Part shown: piece after piece, positions 40,621-53,555 of the stretch
How positions within the stretch are numbered: the first letter of the stretch is position 1
How the letters are laid out: every line of letters starts with the position of its first letter
Source: Haliotis rubra
Lineage: Eukaryota
NCBI RefSeq assembly: GCF_003918875.1
Contig: NW_025766503.1
Coordinates: 806,001 to 870,000, forward strand
DNA: 64,000 nt
Reading direction: 5' to 3'
Position numbers and translations under genes: made by a program
Notes under the pieces: model-generated
What the model saw: only the letters and a program-made list of their open reading frames with translations
The model's database searches: none
What the model was told of the DNA's origin: nothing

Positions 40621-43063
40621 ATGAAGCATGTTCTTTAAGGCTTTGTGATCTGTGGTCAAACAACGGCTTCACAAAGGCCTTAAATATTTGTGATTGAATG
40701 TAATTTGAATGCAGTGGGATACCACAATGAGACATGCTTACTAGCTTTTGCAACAGCCCTGGAGTGACACTGCATCCTGAGAATGCCAGACTACATTGTG
40801 AGAGTTGTGCAGCAAAACCAACAAGGTCTTCCAATTCTTCCAACAACATTCCAGACCTTACCTAACAACACTGTGTGGCCTGACTGAGGTGAAGGTGTCA
40901 AACCTGCTCCAATGCTCAAGGGTGATGCCCATGTAAAACTGCTTCTGAAGCACATTGTATGACATGACCCATTTGCTGATCGCTGCTGCCCTGTGAGCTT
41001 TCTTCACACTGACTGCTGCTGATTACAATACTTCCAGAAATCCTTCTGTCTATTTGACATTATTCCATACTGGATGGCAGTAAATTTGTTTATTTGTATT
41101 TTTTAGTTCACAATAACTTCGGCCTTGACAATTATTATTTATCAAGAAGCCTCAGTAAAGAATTCACAAGATTTCTTTCAATGCAAAAATGTTTTCATAA
41201 CCCAAAGCTATTCTTTGAAGTCAGTGTTTCATCTTGTGGTTGTTCATCAGCAATGTTCATCACCTCATCAGCAGCAAAGGTAAGAATAATCATGTTCTAC
41301 GACCAGCGTGTGCCACATCATCAGAACATGAAAGATACGTGGCACACACACATGTAGTAGTCAGTCCCAAGCTGCTGCCCTGGAAGGATGATTGTCCTGT
41401 AGTTGTGAACTCATCAGGGTACATACCATTTTAGCCAGAGGTCTCCTTCCCAATCTGTCCTTGTCACACACATTCTATTACAGCTTTGACTTCATTGGAC
41501 AATAAAAAATCCAAACTGAAATGCATTTATTTTTTACTCATTTTAAAACTAATTGTCAAGGGGAAAAAGCTGTTTAATTATTTTGATAATTGTTTACTTT
41601 GTATTTGTTTTTTCATCTTGTCAAGAGTGTTCATGTCATGGGCTGACAAACGCAGCAACAATGACATTTTCAGTAAGTTAATTACTAAGAGAATCAAAAG
41701 GATGTCAGAATTACACACAGTATTAATTGTAATATGATAATGATTGAATATTTGTTTGTGATGAAGAGTTGAGTGTTTGATAAGAACTATTATTAAAGGG
41801 ACACTGATCTAGACCAATTCCCTGCGATTGGTTGTTGTTTTTGTCATTGTTTACCCCCTGGCTACCTGGCTACCTTGACTGGTTGGCAGCCTCTGCTGCT
41901 CCACCCACAAGTGCAATGGACAGTATAAGGGCAACTATTCCAAACATTTTGAAGTTTATTTTCATTGCCCATTGACAAAACGTTTTTACGACTGAAAGAA
42001 AACGACAGTCAATGTACGTTTTCATATCTTCGTCATATAATTCAAGCATAACTAAAATATTATTATTATTTTAATCCACTATTTTAGTTTATCTGTGTTT
42101 TTTAGAAATTGGAAAATTACTAATATTTGAGCATTTAGTATATTGCCGATGTGAATATTTCATACATACATGAATACAACAAACAGGCTTGAGAAAAGAA
42201 CAACTTAGTCTTGTGTGCCTCGCATCCAACACATTCCTGATGATAACTTTAATGAAGTGGAATGATTCTGTTCAATGTTACATCAGTTTGAAATGAAACA
42301 CAATTATTATAAACTACAGCCGAAAAAAATAGTATCACCAATGTCAGGCAGTCATTATCTTCAAGGGATGCATCCACCTATATTCACTTAAATGAATGGT
42401 CTGCAGCTGACAAACATGTTCCATGTAACAACGCTGCAACATGTATATAACATTTCAGGATATCCTAACTCTAAACATAACTTTGACAAATCCACTGTGC
42501 TTGATAACAGTGATTAATTAATCAACATTATCAGCTACCAGTAATCATTTCATCCATGGTTTCTGGAATTCAACTGACATTTCCTCTCTTGCATCTCTTC
42601 CATGTGTATATTACATAACATGTGATACATCAGCCCTGAACATATGGTTGAGTTATTACCCCACACATGAGAAATATTAAATGGGAACCTTTGTCAGGTA
42701 ATCTGAGTGGTGTTACCACTAATAATTCCTGTTATACATTTATTAACTGAGCATCAAAGGAATGGTGACATTCATAGTCAGGTGTAGATTACACCAGAGA
42801 TGCCAACCCTGAATCTAAGGATAACGGAGTCATGACTGGCTGAAAGCCAGGCCTGAGCACCAAAACTGCGAGTTGGGGGTGAGTGCGTGGTCAGCTCTGC
42901 CATTTCGTTTCACTTTCATACAGACTATGACATGCATTCGGAAAAACTTTGTGAAACTTCATTGTCAATAACACGCAATATACACAATCGACACCCAAAT
43001 GATCCAACCCTAGGCTTCTGAATGCTTTTACCAGTGTTCACTCAAATAAATCACTTATTTATA

Positions 43064-43395
43064 ATGTCAATACAACCGATCTTGTCAATACAACCGAGTC
43101 TTTCCATCTTGTCAATACAATCAAGTCTTTAAATCTTGTCAATACAACCAAATCTTTCAATCTTGTCAATACAACCAACTCATTCAATTTTGTCATTACA
43201 ACCAAGTATTTTTATCTTGTCAATACAACCAAGTCTTTCCATCTTGTCAATACAACCAAGTCTTTCCATCTTGTCAATACAACCAAGTCTTTCCATCTTG
43301 TCAATACAACCAAGTCTTTCCATCTTGTCAATACAACCAAGTCTTTCCATCTTGTCAATACAACCAAGTCTTTCCATTTTGGCATTACAACCAAA
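43064..43395. repeat. 27-bp minisatellite, ~12 copies
   Basis: Unit cttgtcaatacaaccaagtctttccat. Confidence 0.95.
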
Positions 43396-46300
43396 TACTT
43401 CATTAAAGCCATCTCATTATTTCTTGTAGCTACAACTTACTCCCCTTTGTCATTACAATCAACTCATTACGACTTGTAATTAGATTTTATTGTGACTTTT
43501 CAAGTCTGCCTCTTTACCCAATCTACATAAAGGTCACATACTAGAGTAAACACAAACCCCAAATTAAAAGAAAATATAATTTTTTAACTAAACCTACCTT
43601 GCAATTGCATACAATGATTCACACCTGCTATCACTCACCACTTAATTCTCACAATCACTAAACACACTCACTCTCTTGCCCCTACTCACCCAAGCACGTA
43701 CATCATACCCTATCATTCACATACACTCACAACACTCAAATATCACAACATTTCAAATCACACACAACAGTTCATACATCAGATGGTATATTCAAAACAA
43801 ATGCAAAGTAAGCATGAATTAATAGTATACAAGATCAGCACATGTGGAATTTACAATCAGTTCAGATATTTTGTGTTGTTTTAAGGAGTCCTTCTCTAGC
43901 ATGTAGATCTGTAAACTGTTGACACTGTACTGTGTGTACTTAAGGTGGCATGTCGATATGATCCCAGTCGATCAGTTGGGACAGCCTTACAGGAGGGGCA
44001 TGTCACTATCCCTAGACACTCAGATGTCACAGTACAAAATGATGGGTGGCTTGTCAGGGTCGATCCCTATTGATCCCTTATGGTGTGTATCACCAAAACA
44101 AAAACAAAATATGCTAATTCTGAATTACACTGCCTGTGCACAAAAACAATTTATCACTTTATTCAAACAGTGAAATTGATTCCCTGTTGCAATAAGCCTC
44201 CAAACCCATTGCCTCCTTGGTCTGTTGTACATTCCCCCTAGTTACAAACATCAAAACACATTTCATTCCTGTTGTTTGACCCAACCAATTTCTGTATGTC
44301 ATAAACTCAAATTCGTTCTTCCCTGTTATTAAAATCTACAATAATAACTTTTATAATTTCCATTTTGAACTACATGAGTATATTTTGTGTCTGTACCCAA
44401 TAAGGCTTAAACAATGCAGGTTATGTGCACCTGGACCTAGAAGGTCAACTCAGTTGCCGCCCTAACGACTCAAGTCCACAGACAACTCATTGATTCCACT
44501 GAGATAACCACGCAACCTCCTAATGTCAAGTCCATTACATAACCAAACTGACGTCTCAACTCCTATTCATGCTATTAGTTTAACATTTTCTGGTGTAGTT
44601 ATTTCCAAACAAGTTACCACCACTAATGTTTCCGGAGATAACACACCAGAGTAGTGTAATGGTGCTTGGAGGCAAGTCGGCTAAGATGATTAGTAAATAA
44701 GTGGAATTAATATGGAGATATTGGTGTGATACTTGGGAAGTCAATGGCAATCGTGAGGTGACTGTAAATGTCACCACTAGCACAACCATCCACACGACTA
44801 GTGGTGACACCTTCAAGGATGCTTGAGTCAGGTAACTCATTTCTGAAGACCGTTGATGAATAAACACAACAAACTTTCCAGTTGAAATCCCTTTGGTCAC
44901 GACTACTAACATGACAAAGCATATCAATAGGGATTAATGATGAAGTGTGGAAGGAGCAGTTGATGCCTGGCTGGTGAATCTGGTGCCTGACAGATGGAGA
45001 TACCTTACCAGCACTAGCGCTTCCTGCAGCCAAAGGAACTACCAGATAAGCTGTGTAGCTGGTCTTGCGTGTTCACGTTTAGCTCTCTGCACCATACGCC
45101 AATTACTGTATAGCATGACATGGCAACAAGGTATCTCCCTTGCACTGTGACAACTGGCTCTCAGTTGAGTGGCAACCACCGCCTCAGCCTTGCTAAGTAG
45201 CAGCAATGAGACAAACTATCAGGAGGGGGATGGGACATTCAGTTGGAATTGCTAACTGTGCCAGATACACAGCCAATCTGTGACAGAACTGCTTGTACAT
45301 ACTTCCAACCTGTTACTGGCCTGTGTCATATTGCAGGCTTGTGGAAGATTGTTCTCCACAGGCTCACTGGATAAGAAACTCTATACCTGCATACAAGGTG
45401 AGAATGTTCTTTATACTGAAAACACATTTGACTGTAGCTGACTCCTTTGATCAATTGTCACCATCAAACAGGCAGTGTTTTTCATGTTGGAGAGACTGCA
45501 GGAAGATATACAGCTAACTGCAATATGTAATCACCTGCTAGATGTGAACCAAAATATAAATATAATGTTACAGCTCTGGCATCAACAATGCAAACATACA
45601 ATAATTCTCAAAAAAAGACATTTTCTGATGAGTAGGACTTTAACCACAGTCAAAAAAAATGGGGATTTTCACATTATTTGTAAGTAAGAATTTTGGGAGA
45701 TGCAACACATTCTTCACATATCATAAATCTTCTTATTTGTAAGTTATGATCAACACATTTCTATGTCATTAAGTTCAGCATCAGGTAAACGTAAAAGACA
45801 CATTGGGAGTTTATCACATGAAAGTATCATTGGCCTCACTCAGTAAAAGAAAGGTAGCATCATGACAGCTGACTGATGAGAGACCATCACAATAACTAAA
45901 ATAGTCAGTAAGAAGAGCTAATATAGTCCAAAAAGACATGTTTTCACTTACTTGCAGTGTGAAGAAGCTTTTGTTGTTTTCGCAGACTCTTCTTTGACAA
46001 TAGTTTGTGTTATATACAAACCTATACATGCCTCATATTACAACAGGTGAACTTTAAGTGACTGAGTGAGTGAGTGAATGATTGAGTAAATAAAATGCTA
46101 TGTCAGCAATATCCTTGTGAAATGCTATCAAATGAAGACATACAATAACCAAGAATACATATTTCAGATTACTGAAAAACATTTACATGACATTCTGTCT
46201 TAGCTCTTTGCCATGCAACAGAATGATCCTCAGTCATATTGATAAGTATAATCCTGTGAGGCCCTTACAGTGACTGCCCACCAGCTTCTGCTGGAATGAC

Positions 46301-46454
46301 AAGGCTGCAGGTTAACAATGACATGTATGCCCTACACACTGACATAACAGAACGCCTTACTGTGTTTGTACATGATGACATGCATCCCAAGAGAATCAAG
46401 ACTGACACTTGTAACAAGATAGACACAGCATGACAATAGCATGAGTAATCTCCG

Positions 46455-48500
46455 CTGTCAGAGAGGAACAACATGAGACGTGTCATGTCTAGAGAATCAC
46501 AGAGGAACACTATGCAATATGGGACCTGTGTGGTGTCTGAACAATCACAGAGAGGAACACTATACAACATGGGGTCTGTGTGGTGTGTGAACAATGACAG
46601 AGAGGAACACTATACAACATGGGGTCTGTGTGGTGTGTGAACAATCACAGAGAGGAACACTATACAATATGGGACCTGTGTGGTGTATGACCAATCACAG
46701 AGGGGAACCCTGTACAACATGAGACATGTGTGGTGTGTGAACAATGACAGAGAGGAACACTATACAACATGGGACCTGTGTGGTGTGTGAACAATGACAG
46801 AGAGGAACACTATACAACATGGGACCTGTGTGGTGTGTGAACAATGACAGAGAGGAACACTATACAACATGGGACCAACATGTGGACCTGTGTGGTGTGT
46901 GAACAATGACAGAGAGGAACACTATACAACATGGGATCTGTGTGGTGTGTGAACAATGACAGAGAGGAACACTACAACTTGGGACCTGTGTGGTGTGTGA
47001 ACAATGACAGAGAGGAACACTATACAACATGGGACCTGTGTGGTGAACGACCAATCACAGAGAGGAACACTATACAACACGGGTCTGTGTACAACATGGT
47101 GTGTGAACAATGACAGAGAGGAACACTATACAACATGGGACCTGTGTGGTGTGTGAACAATCACAGAGAGGAACACTATACAACATGGGACCTGTGTGGT
47201 GTGTGAACAATCACAGAGAGGAACACTATACAACATGGGACCTGTGTGGTGTGTGAACAATCACATAGAGGAACACTATACAACATGGGACCTGTGTGGT
47301 GTGTGAACACTCACATAGAGAAACACTATACAACATGGGACCTGTGTGGTGTATGACCAATCACAGAGGGGAACCCTGTACAACATGAGACATGTGTGGT
47401 GTTTGACCAATCACAGAGAGGAACCCTGTACAATATGAGACCTGTGTGGTGTCTGACCAATCACAGAAAGGAGCCCTGTACAACATGAGACCTGTGTGGT
47501 GTCTGACCAATCACTGAAAGGAACCCTGTACAGTATGAGACATGTGTGGTGTATGACCAATCACAGAGAGGAACCCTGTACAACATGGGGCCTGTGTGGT
47601 GTCTGACCAATCACAGAGAGGAACCCTGTACAACATGGGGCCTGTGTGGTGTATGACCAATCACTGAAAGGAACCCTGTACAGTATGAGACATGTGTGGT
47701 GTATGACCAATCACAGAGAGGAACCCTGTACAACATGAGACCTGTGTGGTGTATGACCAATCACAGAGGGGAACCCTGTACAACATGAGACCTGTGTGGT
47801 GTTTGACCAATCACAGAGAGGAACACTGTACAATATGAGACCTGTGTGGTGTCTGACCAATCACAGAGAGGAACCCTGTACAACATGAGACCTGTGTGGT
47901 GTTTGACCAATCACAGAGAGGAACCCTGTACAATATGAGACCTGTGTGGTGTCTGACCAATCACAAAGAGGAACCCTGTACAATATGAGACCTGTGTGGT
48001 GTCTGAACAATTACAAAGGGGAAGACTGTACAACAGACCTGTGTGGTGTCTACAAACAGAGAGGACCTCGGATCTGTGGTGTCTGACCAATCACAGAGAG
48101 GAACACAATACAATATGCGGATCTGTGTGGTGTCTACAACAATCACAGAGAGGAACACTATACAAGAGGGACACAGTACAATATGAGACCTGTGTCACGT
48201 CTACTGAATCACAGAGAGGAACACTGTACAATATGAGACCTGTGTGGTGTCTAGACAATCACAGAGAGGAACACTGTACAATATGAGACCTGTGTGGTGT
48301 CTAGACAATCACAGAGAGGAACACTGTACAATATGAGACCTGTGTGGTGTCTAGACAATCACAGAGAGGAACACTATACAATATGAGACCTGTGTGGTGT
48401 CTAGACAATCACAGAGAGGAAGCCTGTACAATATGAAACCTGTGTGGTGTCTACAGAATCACAGAGAACACTATACAATATGAGATCCGTGTGGAGTCTA
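46455..48500. repeat. 50-bp minisatellite, ~40 copies, in polarised subtypes
   Basis: Unit acagagaggaacactatacaacatgggacctgtgtggtgtgtgaacaatg, shifting to ...ccctgtac...gaccaatc and then ...ctagacaatc variants along the array. Confidence 0.95.
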
Positions 48501-48554
48501 GGGGGAGCTGCGAAGACTAATACTATATATAATTATCCTTGTGTCTGCTCAGAG

Positions 48555-48648
48555 TGAGTGAGTGAGTCTAGTTTTATGCCGCTTTTAGCAATATTCCTGC
48601 AATATCACGGCAGGGGACACCAGAAATGGGCTTCACACATCGTACCCA
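48555..48648 (-). mobile_element. 5'-truncated (headless) tRNA-derived SINE
   Basis: Same family as the 17113 and 7345 copies. 10-bp TSD ctgctcagag at 48545-48554 and 48649-48658. Confidence 0.9.
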
Positions 48649-49199
48649 CTGCTCAGAGCCAAAATAATGTTGTACATGAACACAAGGTATACAGAGCACA
48701 CAAACATAGCAAAATATGTTGTCTGCAGAGAACAAAAAAGTTTTAGAGAGGAAAGCTTAAAAAATATGTTTAAAATGGATCTCTGGAGAAACGAGTGAGT
48801 GTGTTTGATTGAATAATGATTTTTACAGCATCCCTGTTACATCACAGCATAACAGCTTGATGAGAGAGGAAAGTTCCATATGATGTAGTTCGTTGTGACA
48901 GTGTCTACTTCTGTGTAACCCAGCAACCCAGAAGGTTAATCAGGGTGAATCTTCAACGGTTAACTTTTCACTGCACTTGTTAGATCCTCAGATGACTGGG
49001 CCCCTGAATCTTTAATCAAGCTCAGCAAGATCAAAGAATATGACAAAGTTGAAAATATTTCAAATAACTTATCTTTACTACTACTTGATCAATCTAAGGG
49101 ACAGTAATCACAAGTAAAATCTTCTTGACATATAAAAGAAGTGCTGAAGGATGGCACATGGTATCACCATGTAACATGACAGTTGGAATCGCAAACCTG

Positions 49200-49785
49200 A
49201 CATTGAAGCATGGTGTCACCATGTGATGTTACAGTTGGTACTACCTACCAGTAAACAGGCCTTACATTGAAGCATGGTGTCACCATGTGATGTTACAGTT
49301 GGTACCACCTACCAGTAAACAGGCCTTACATTGAAGCATGGTGTCACCATGTGTTGTTACAGTTGGCACCAGTAAAAGGTCCTTACATTGAAGCATGGTG
49401 TACCAGTAAAAGGGCCTTACATTGAAGCATGGTGTCACCATGTGATGTTACAGTTGGCACCAAGTACCAGTAAAAGGTCCTTACATTGAAGCATGGTGTC
49501 ACCATGTGATGTTACAGTTGGCACCAAGTACCAGTAAAAGGTCCTTACATTGAAGCATGGTGTCACCATGTGATGTTACAGTTGGCACCTACCAAGTACC
49601 AGTAAAGGTGCCTTACATTGAAGCATGGTGTCACCATGTGATGTTACAGTTGGCACCAAGTACCAGTAAAAGGTCCTTACATTGAAGCATGGTGTCACCA
49701 TGTGATGTTACAGTTGGCACCAAGTACCAGTAAAAGGTCCTTACATTGAAGCATGGTGTCACCATGTGATGTTACAGTTGGCACA
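49200..49785. repeat. ~64-bp minisatellite, ~9 copies
   Basis: Unit cttacattgaagcatggtgtcaccatgtgatgttacagttggcaccaagtaccagtaaaaggtc. Confidence 0.93.
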
Positions 49786-49839
49786 GTCTATTGTTGTTGG
49801 GTCCAAAGAATATCAACAACACTTAGGTCATAAAGCCGT

Positions 49840-50712
49840 GTAGCCATGCCATCATGTAGTCATGTAGCAATGTAATCATGTAGCCATGTACTCATGTCAT
49901 CATGTAGCCATGCTGTCATGATGTAGCCATGAGGTGAGCCATGTCATCATGCGAGAATCATTTAGCCATATCATCATGTAACCATGCTGCGTACTAGCCC
50001 AGCCATTTAGCCATATCATCATGTAACCATGCGCGTCATGTAGTCATTGTCATGATGTAGCCATGTCATCATGTAGTCATGTCATCATGTAGCCATGTCA
50101 TCATGTCATGTAGCCATGCCATCATGTAGCAATGTAATCATGTAGCCATGTACTCATGTAGCCATGCTGTCATGTAGCCATGTCATCATGCCGTCATTTA
50201 GCCATATCATCATGTAACCATGCCGTCATGTAACCATGCCATCATGTAGTCATGTCATGATGTAGTCATGTCATCATGTAGCCATGTCATCATGTAGTCA
50301 TGTCATCATGTAACCATGTAATCATGTTACCATGTCATCATGTAGTCATGTCATCATGTAGCCATGTCACCATGTCATGTAGCCATGTCATCATGTCATG
50401 TAGCCATGTCATCATGTAGCCATGTCGTCATGCACCCATGTCATCATGTAGCCATGCCATCATGTAGTAATGTCATCATGTAGTCGTGTAATCATGTACC
50501 CATGTCGTCATGTAGCCATGTCATCATGTAGCCATGTAGTCATGTCATCATGTAGCCATGTAGTCAAGTCAACATGTAGCTATGTAGTCATGTCATCATG
50601 TAGTCATGTCATCATGTAGCCATGTCATCATGTAGCCATGTAGTCATGTCATCATGTAGTCATATCATCATGTAGACATATCATGATGTAGCCATGTAGC
50701 CATGTAGTCATG
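49840..50712. repeat. Degenerate CATG-based 8/16-bp repeat
   Basis: (catgtagc catgtcat)n with variants. Confidence 0.92.
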
Positions 50713-50810
50713 TTTTAACAGTGGAATTCAACAACATATGAAATAAAGTAGATGACAAGGTTCAAATTGCATGAATATGATGGTGTAAGTCATATGAGAC
50801 AACATATGAA

Positions 50811-51240
50811 CAACAATACAAGAAAATGTCATCAAAGACTGGAACAGGCAGACAGTAAAGAGAGCTGGCATGAGTGTGAACAGCAACATGTATCTCAAAT
50901 ACAGGCCTCAAATCATCTATACTGCCCAAATATAGTTGATTATCAGTTGCTTCCAACAATACAAGAAAATATCATCAAAGACTGGAACAGGCAGATAGTA
51001 AAGAAAGCTGGCATGAGTGTGAACAGCAACATGTATCTCAAATACAGGCCTCAAATCATCTATACTGCCCAAATATAGTTGATTATCAGTTGCTTCCAAC
51101 AATACAAGAAAATATCATCAAAGACTGGAACAGGCAGATAGTAAAGAAAGCTGGCATGAGTGTGAACAGCAACATGTATCTCAAATACAGGCCTCAAATC
51201 ATCTATACTGCCCAAATATAGTTGATTATCAGTTGCTTCC
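50811..51240. repeat. 143-bp tandem triplication
   Basis: Three near-identical copies aacaatacaagaaaat...cagttgcttcc; the period matches the ORF offset 50917 to 51060. Confidence 0.92.
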
Positions 51241-52209
51241 AAAGCATCATCTGTGAAATTGAAGAAACATTAAGTATGAAAACTAACCCTACTCTGAGTC
51301 AACTTTGTCTCCATTGATCTGAGACAGCCAGTAACAGTGGTACTCTCAGACACACAAGTTATATAATGAGCTGTGGAGACTGGCAATAACAAGGCGTAAG
51401 GTGGGTGAAGTAGGTAGAATCCTCCTCCACACAGACACACACTGAGTGTACTTGATGCTCCTGGCCAAGCCTGTTCATCAGTTATGGTGTTATCTCTCTG
51501 TCCAAGACCATCAACCTGTGATATTCACCAACTCCCTGCCTGTAATTGGCTCCCAAGTCAGACTACAAAAGGAGCCCTGGACGTCTGTAGGGTCAACGCT
51601 ATAACACAACAACATATTGCTCAAGCAAAGTAGATGTTATCAAAATCATGGCATTATCCATTCAACATTTGTTCTGAGAGTACTTAGCTGTGGATCAATC
51701 CTGACAAATGTCCTTGCTCTCGCTTATTTCCTTGTGCCAGAGTTTTAAATGACATTCACTTTTAAACATTTAATATGATATCCAGATGGCACACCTCAGT
51801 GATACTTCTGGACAGTTCATGGTCGCTGACCATCACACATGTATTTCTCAAGTAATAATCAATTCATCAGCTGACGTTCCATGGTCCGTAGCTGTTCAAA
51901 CCACACAAGAACTTTTGTCTTCACAAAGGGAGGAGGAAGCACTGAATCTGCTTGGCTTAAAGCAGCTCAAATGAAAGTCTGAGAAAAATGAGGTTTTGGA
52001 GGAGTATTGGCAGGGCACAATGAGGCTGTCAACATGGCCAGAAGCCATTTTTTTAGCTTTATACTTTCAACCCTGTACAGTCAAGTGACATGGGTCATCA
52101 ATAATAGCATTATGGAGAAGCTATGCTTTATCTCTACTGTTAGATCAGATTGATGGTAATTAACTGTGCTAGACAGCGGTGTACGGACATGTCAGATCAG
52201 TACATCTTT

Positions 52210-52536
52210 ATTATTGTTTTTTGGTTACAAAGTCAATAACAAGGGTATATGGTAGCAACAAGCACAGAAAAGGTGAAGATACATTGCTGTACAGATGTAA
52301 TAATAATCAGTTGCTGAATATTGGGATGAGCGAATTCCATTTATGATTGAATTTTTCGATTTCATTGTTTCTCTTTGAAATAAATTTTTCTACAGAAAAT
52401 ATCTCTTTTAATACCTTTTTATAATTACTGAATTTTGGAATTGATTTTTTTATATTACATAAATTGATACGTTTTTTGGCAGAGATAATGATTTGATTTA
52501 GTAAAACATCATTATGCAATGTACCAAACCAAATTG
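52210..52536 (-). mobile_element. 5'-truncated L1/Tx1-clade LINE (ORF2 C-terminus and 3' UTR) flanked by ~170-bp direct repeats
   Basis: ORF 52307..52546(-) IWFG...LLNQIIISAKKRI...EKFISKRNNEIEKFNHKWN resembles L1/Tx1 ORF2 ends, followed by an AATAATAAA 3' end. Direct repeats are at 52039-52209 and 52537-52706. Confidence 0.8.
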
Positions 52537-53555
52537 CAGAAGCCATTTTTTAGCTTTATACTTTCAACCCTGTACAGTCAAGTGACATGGGTCATCAATA
52601 ATAGCATTATGGAGAAGCTATGCTTTATCTCTACTGTTGGATCAGATTGATGGTAATTAACTGTGCTAGACAGCGGTGTACCAACATGTCAGATCAGTAC
52701 ATCTTTTAATTATTGACTTATATGAACATACAAGGCATTCAAATCTAAAAAGTACATGCCCCTTAACTGCTTTATCTGTTACAAAATCTCCCTACATGAA
52801 AGGATTTCTAGTGATTTCCATGTTTTAACTACACCAAACAGTAAATTCACTGTACCACCATCTTTTTCATTAGAATAGTTTCAGTAATGAGTGAAATGTT
52901 CCTGGACATATATTGAAACGTAAGTGTTTCATACTTTCAAGTCTTTATGCAATGATGGAGTGTATACTAGGGGTTTCTCTGTTTGTTGTTGAAAACTGTG
53001 GATGACAAATGTAACCAATGTTAAAAGCTACTTCACAAACTGGTTCTTGCTTGGGACAAGACTGTTTCTGTCAGTCTTTATACTGCTTCCAGAAAGAGTG
53101 TCAGGGTTTCTGTATGTCTGAGAAAACAATTTTGCAAAATATGCACCTGAAACAATGAAACCCCTGGTACTACACATTTCCTGGCCTGTGTTAGCTACAC
53201 AGAAAAATACATAGTATCATCACGATGACCAGTGGGAAAAGCTCAACTGCTTGAAAGTCCATTGAATGTTATTTTGACTGGCAATAATTAAGAATCATTT
53301 GATGAGAAAGTTTGAACTGCACCCTGACATTTGGGGAGTAAATGGCAGGTAAGATCAACTGTATCCTGTTTGTCTGACAAATCTTGGATAACGCTGGACA
53401 GATGGTGTCATTAGCTGCATCCTAATGTGTAAGTCACACCGATGACACAACATCGTCAGATACATTAACCAGAAAGAGTTGCACAACTAATGCCTTGCCA
53501 CAAAAAGCAAATGATGCATTCTGGGTGTTGCACGTTATGATGACTTTCCATCTCT

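Noticed and set aside
44580-45480. Possible LTR-retrotransposon pol relic
   Set aside because: It is somewhat GC-richer, but I could not read an RT, RNase H or integrase motif with confidence.
45951-46303. Two small minus-strand AG..GT segments (LVIPAEAGGQS; FVYNTNYCQRRVCENNKSFFTLQ)
   Set aside because: The acceptors are weak and there is no recognisable homology; this is consistent with chance.
53028-53165. Strong minus-strand acceptor gtttcattgtttcag at ~53148; similar acceptors at ~51251 and ~62882
   Set aside because: No matching donor before stops and no recognisable peptide, so I cannot support them as exons without RNA data.
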